A DNA stretch of 29,896 nucleotides from a virus (lineage: Duplodnaviria > Caudoviricetes). Positions 26,455-29,896 of this stretch are shown piece by piece. The notes under the pieces are model-generated. The model was not told where the DNA came from, searched no databases, and saw nothing but the letters and a program-made list of their open reading frames with translations. The stretch covers positions 1-29,896 of IMG/VR virus record IMGVR_UViG_3300031857_000972; one strand, 5' to 3'. Numbering within the stretch: the first letter of the stretch is position 1; each line of letters begins with the position of its first letter. A program made the position numbers and the translations under genes.

Positions 26455-26922
26455 CTAGTCAATTTCAGGGTGGTTAGCTGGCGGCAAGGCTGGTTTACCC
26501 TTGAAGCCAAGTTCTACAGGTGGTGCAGATGATACTGGTGCAGGGGTGCTGATGGGGTCGAGCTTTGGTTCCGTGCGCTTAGCCGCTGGAGCAGGCGCTG
26601 CCGGTTTGTCGTCCCGTTCTTCTTTGGTTGACAGTCCGGGTGGCACAAACTGCGGCAGCGCGTCTTTGCCTTTTACAGCCAGTAGTGTAGCTAGACTGCC
26701 CAGTATGTATTTAGACATGTCAGACAGAATCAAAAAGAACTGCTTATCCGCCGGAGCCATGCCATTCATTGGCTGTGTCACGAACACTACCGAGTATAGA
26801 CTGACGCCGACCATGATGACCACAGTCATACAGAACGTCAGAGCGATACAAAACTTAATTACTGCATCGTGTTGCTCCTGCGTCAGTGCAAGAAACTGGC
26901 TTATCAACTTTAGCGGGTTCAT
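26455..26922 (-). CDS. Two-TM membrane protein with Pro-rich tail (holin candidate)
   Basis: Hydrophobic segments FCIALTFCMTVVIMVGVSLYSVVFV and YILGSLATLLAV; lies between the endolysin and spanins. Confidence 0.7.
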   Translation of the reverse strand: MNPLKLISQFLALTQEQHDAVIKFCIALTFCMTVVIMVGVSLYSVVFVTQPMNGMAPADKQFFLILSDMSKYILGSLATLLAVKGKDALPQFVPPGLSTKEERDDKPAAPAPAAKRTEPKLDPISTPAPVSSAPPVELGFKGKPALPPANHPEID

Positions 26923-27118
26923 AGGGTTCCACCTTTGCGTCTTCAGGTTTAGTCAACTGATCTGGGCAAGTTCCTGTCGCTGAACAATACGGCCTCTTGC
27001 ACTCTTTCTTTTCCCAGTTCTCCGGGTCCTGACAAGGGTACCGAAACCGTTCGCACCCACTAACCACCAAGAATATGAAGAAACTCAGTGTAATGTTTCT
27101 CGCGATCTGCCAAACCAT
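26855..27118 (-). CDS. Cys-rich lipoprotein
   Basis: SD GGAGG 5 nt before the ATG at 27118; signal ...LSFFIFLVVSGC (lipobox VSGC); six further Cys. Confidence 0.75.
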   Translation of the reverse strand: MVWQIARNITLSFFIFLVVSGCERFRYPCQDPENWEKKECKRPYCSATGTCPDQLTKPEDAKVEPYEPAKVDKPVSCTDAGATRCSN

Positions 27119-27686
27119 TGTAGCCTCCGTTAACAATTCTGGTCATGCCTTTGATGTCGCCCTTGTCAGCATACTTGTTCAAGTTCTTAACTTCCCAGAA
27201 CCAGCAAGCAGACTGCACCGCCCCTTCAAACGTACCCATATACTCACTGACTTCTGCGGCAGTTAAGCGAGGATCAAGACTGTCGCCGAACGCTTTATAG
27301 TTGTCATAAAAAGTCAGCTGGAAAATCCCGCGCCCACGGTAGCGATACCCATCACCACTGGCCTCGTCCCCATTGCCATAGCGGTTGGCGTAGACTCGAT
27401 TTGCGATTGCTTCCTGACGGTTCGGGCGGCTAGCATATTGTTTAGCAAGCTCATCAGTAGGGAAATACTTACCAAAAGTGCGGCGCAAACCAGCAGCAGA
27501 GTACTTAAGATTTTCTTCATATGCTGTGTAATTACCTGATTCATGGGCGCTCTGCGCCATAAACGCAGCCACACGTGGAATAGTGTTAATGTCATACTCA
27601 GGCAGAAGAATATGAAGAGGCTCATACCAGTGATCCAAGTATTCATTCTTCCCCAACATCTTTCGTAGGTGGTCTTTGGTCAACAT
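27060..27686 (-). CDS. GH19 (chitinase-like) endolysin
   Basis: AAFMAQSAHESG, EENLKYS, IANRVYANR.GN, GDGYRYRGRGIFQLT, VNGGYNGLADR; SD AAGGAG. Confidence 0.95.
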   Translation of the reverse strand: MLTKDHLRKMLGKNEYLDHWYEPLHILLPEYDINTIPRVAAFMAQSAHESGNYTAYEENLKYSAAGLRRTFGKYFPTDELAKQYASRPNRQEAIANRVYANRYGNGDEASGDGYRYRGRGIFQLTFYDNYKAFGDSLDPRLTAAEVSEYMGTFEGAVQSACWFWEVKNLNKYADKGDIKGMTRIVNGGYNGLADREKHYTEFLHILGG

Positions 27687-27972
27687 CTTTTAGCTCCTTC
27701 AAAACCTTAAGCCGCAATTCCTTCATTTTTTGTATCTGGTACTTGGCTTCCCACATGGCGTTGTTCATGTCCATATACATGACGCCCATTACCGGCAGGA
27801 CTATGACTAGCACAAGACACAAGACCAGAACGGTAACGAGAAGAGAGTATGGTATGTGTGGCTCAGACGGATTAGGATTAGGAGGGCGCTGAACCATGTC
27901 AGAACGAACACCACTGCCCCAATCCATACCGCCTTTGCTTTTAGGTCCTCCAGTGCCCTTACCCGTTGCCAT
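27643..27972 (-). CDS. Single-TM membrane protein
   Basis: LLVTVLVLCLVLVIVLPVMGVMY helix followed by a short coiled coil; overlaps both neighbours; start uncertain. Confidence 0.6.
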   Translation of the reverse strand: MATGKGTGGPKSKGGMDWGSGVRSDMVQRPPNPNPSEPHIPYSLLVTVLVLCLVLVIVLPVMGVMYMDMNNAMWEAKYQIQKMKELRLKVLKELKDVDQRPPTKDVGEE

Positions 27973-28529
27973 CTCGCTACCTGCGCCTTTCTCATTTCCT
28001 CAGCCAGTGCCGCGTTCTGCTCCTGTACGATCTGCTGCCACATCTTTTCAAACCGTGTCCACAGGTCGCCCAGTTCTGGCGGCGCGTTGTAGACCATCTG
28101 CTCGCGCACCTCAGCCAGCATGGAGTCCAGCTGGTGCCGTACCTTCAGCCGCTCCAGCGCACGCCTGGCCAGCGACATCTCGCCGCGGTACACCTCTTTG
28201 GCGTTCACCTCGCTGGCGATGTACGCCTTGACCATGATGTCGTACTGGTCAACGAACTGACCCAGGTTGTCCCAGACGGTGTTCAGCACATCAGCAGGCG
28301 CGGCCTTGGCCACCTCCTGCACACGTTTGACTTCCTCGTTGTACTGCTTCTTTTGCTCCGGTGTCGGGCTGGTGATCTTATGGAACTGTTCCTTCAGATC
28401 CTTGAGAATCCCGCCGACCTCGCCGCCCGTCTGCTTGATCTCTTTGTAAAGCGCGATCCCTTTCTTGGCCATGTCGATGGCCGTTGTCGCTGCCTTGTAC
28501 GCAGCGGCAATGGTGACGGGATCGATCAC
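27807..28529 (-). CDS. Coiled-coil protein with C-terminal TM helix
   Basis: (M)IDPVTIAAAYKAA start, helical body and AVWIGAVVFVLTWFSALLILI. Confidence 0.75.
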   Translation of the reverse strand: MIDPVTIAAAYKAATTAIDMAKKGIALYKEIKQTGGEVGGILKDLKEQFHKITSPTPEQKKQYNEEVKRVQEVAKAAPADVLNTVWDNLGQFVDQYDIMVKAYIASEVNAKEVYRGEMSLARRALERLKVRHQLDSMLAEVREQMVYNAPPELGDLWTRFEKMWQQIVQEQNAALAEEMRKAQVARWQRVRALEDLKAKAVWIGAVVFVLTWFSALLILIRLSHTYHTLFSLPFWSCVLC

Positions 28530-28530
28530 A

Positions 28531-28812
28531 TCAGGTCACATGCAGCTTCTGCTTCAGTTCCATAATCTCTTGGTGCAGCTGGTCGTTGCGCTCCTCGCAC
28601 TTGCGGTTCTGCTCCTCGACCGCAGCCAGGCGCTGCGACAGGCGCTCGACCTCCTCACGCAAGTTCGTAATCAGATGCTCGATGGCCTCGTCGTGCAGCG
28701 TCGCAACCTTGTCGTGACGCAGGTCAGCCAGTACCTTGCGGTACATCCCATAAGCACCAGCACCAATGCCTGCAACAGCCGCCCCCAGGGTTGTCCAGAA
28801 ACCGCTTTCCAT
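28531..28812 (-). CDS. N-terminal TM plus coiled-coil protein
   Basis: FWTTLGAAVAGIGAGAYGMY, then heptad repeats; SD GGAG. Confidence 0.75.
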   Translation of the reverse strand: MESGFWTTLGAAVAGIGAGAYGMYRKVLADLRHDKVATLHDEAIEHLITNLREEVERLSQRLAAVEEQNRKCEERNDQLHQEIMELKQKLHVT

Positions 28813-28856
28813 TTTTCACTCCAATTTATAACCAGTAGAATCTATTGGTATTTGTA

Positions 28857-29183
28857 CTATGGCGATAAGCCGCCGATCTGTTCTGAACTCATGGCGATAA
28901 CCTGGCTGCTGGCCAGCGCGTCAATCTGCACCGATTCCAACACCGGTTCGGCCTGGATCTCAACACCCGGCAGCTCGTACTCAATCCACTGCATTTGGTC
29001 GTGGTTCCATTTCCAGCGATAGCCTTCACGGTCTACAGGCTTAGGATCACGCACTACCCATTGCCAGTTAAGCCACACCACCTCTTTGCCTTCAGGAGTT
29101 TCAGGAGGCATAGGAGCTTCTATCCAGCCATCAGTTCCATCTGTCTCAGGCTTTGGGATTGATCCGTTTTTTGTATAGAGCAT
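28857..29183 (-). CDS. Hypothetical tail-associated protein (Trp/Pro-rich)
   Basis: 108 aa, SD TAAGGA, directly after the LamG gene. Confidence 0.7.
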   Translation of the reverse strand: MLYTKNGSIPKPETDGTDGWIEAPMPPETPEGKEVVWLNWQWVVRDPKPVDREGYRWKWNHDQMQWIEYELPGVEIQAEPVLESVQIDALASSQVIAMSSEQIGGLSP

Positions 29184-29192
29184 GGTCAGTCC

Positions 29193-29894
29193 TTATTGCA
29201 GAGCAAATGCCTGAGTTGGCGCAGTGAAGTTCGCGGTATACCTGGCGTAACCTTTAGTGATGCGGAGATCGTCTATGAAGCCGTTCAAATCGTGCGTCCC
29301 GGCAACGCGGCCTACTTGAACAGGATAAGTTCCACCATGAATAATGTCAGTTGCCATGTTGTACGTTGTGCCAACCTGCGTCCCGTCTACGAACAATCTC
29401 AGGTTTGCGCCATCTCTACACGCAGCAATGTGATACCACGTGTTAGTAGTAACGCTGATAGTTGCAACAGGGTTTATGCTTGTTGAACCGTTGGTCGTAT
29501 AGCTGAAATAGAGTTGGTACGTGCCAGCATTGTTGTAAACATACATGTACCAAGACTTCTGGGTTGATGCGTCCCACTTGCCAACTATTGCAGCAAAGCC
29601 ACTAGTTGCAGGAAGCACGGCAAACCTAACCCAACCTTCAACCGTAAAGTTTCCGCTACCAAATTCCAGCATTTCGGTGTCAGGAATTTGAAGCCCATCA
29701 CCAGTGCCATCAAACGCAATTGAGCTACCACCAAACTTACTCTGCGTCGTGCTGATCTGCGCGTTGCCGACAGTCTCCAGCACGTTCTTGGCAGTAGCGT
29801 CAGTGATGCCAGCGTTGGTGAAGTTGCATAGCAGTGAAGTGTTGGTTATGGCTGTAGGCGGCGCTGTAGGAATAGTAATTGTAGAGTTTGCAGC
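29193..29894 (-). CDS. LamG/concanavalin A-like tail protein, 5'-partial
   Basis: Frame is open to the window edge; SKFGGSSIAFDGTGD, NFTVEGW, NTWYHIA, LFVDG, GFIDDLRITKG.ARYTANF. Confidence 0.88.
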   Translation of the reverse strand, partial: AANSTITIPTAPPTAITNTSLLCNFTNAGITDATAKNVLETVGNAQISTTQSKFGGSSIAFDGTGDGLQIPDTEMLEFGSGNFTVEGWVRFAVLPATSGFAAIVGKWDASTQKSWYMYVYNNAGTYQLYFSYTTNGSTSINPVATISVTTNTWYHIAACRDGANLRLFVDGTQVGTTYNMATDIIHGGTYPVQVGRVAGTHDLNGFIDDLRITKGYARYTANFTAPTQAFALQ

Positions 29895-29896
29895 GT

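Noticed and set aside
1-29896. Stop-codon reassignment or intron/intein-split genes
   Set aside because: Genes tile densely and look full length in the standard bacterial code, all three stop codons end genes, and the polymerase and helicase motifs are uninterrupted.

Overview
This window is part of a tailed dsDNA phage genome, probably a podovirus of a Gram-negative host (it has an Rz/Rz1 spanin pair). Two arms converge. The + strand (1-9439) is a replication module: family A DNA polymerase with Leu at the 762-equivalent site, Cas4-like PD-(D/E)XK exonuclease, VRR-NUC nuclease, SNF2 helicase, Gam/Gp157-like protein, Cys-containing SSB-like protein, primase-helicase and a small HNH nuclease. 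The - strand (29896-9440) is a late module: LamG-type tail protein (partial), an expanded lysis cassette with a GH19 endolysin and embedded Rz/Rz1, HNH-AP2 endonuclease, GT2-TPR glycosyltransferase, tail tubular/nozzle protein, repeat-rich fibre, GNAT-like protein and three ejection proteins, the last of 1986 aa. Reading the DNA directly adds items the ORF track misses. (i) The late arm ends in four small, very basic proteins (three under 60 aa) with a strand-specific structured RNA between the first two. (ii) An exact 12-bp direct repeat brackets the HNH-glycosyltransferase-membrane protein block. (iii) A sigma70-like promoter points straight into the terminator upstream of the primase. (iv) A 54-aa secreted two-Cys peptide lies in the lysis cassette. 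All family calls come from motif recognition by eye, not database searches. I saw no tRNA, CRISPR array, integrase, RNA polymerase or reverse transcriptase.
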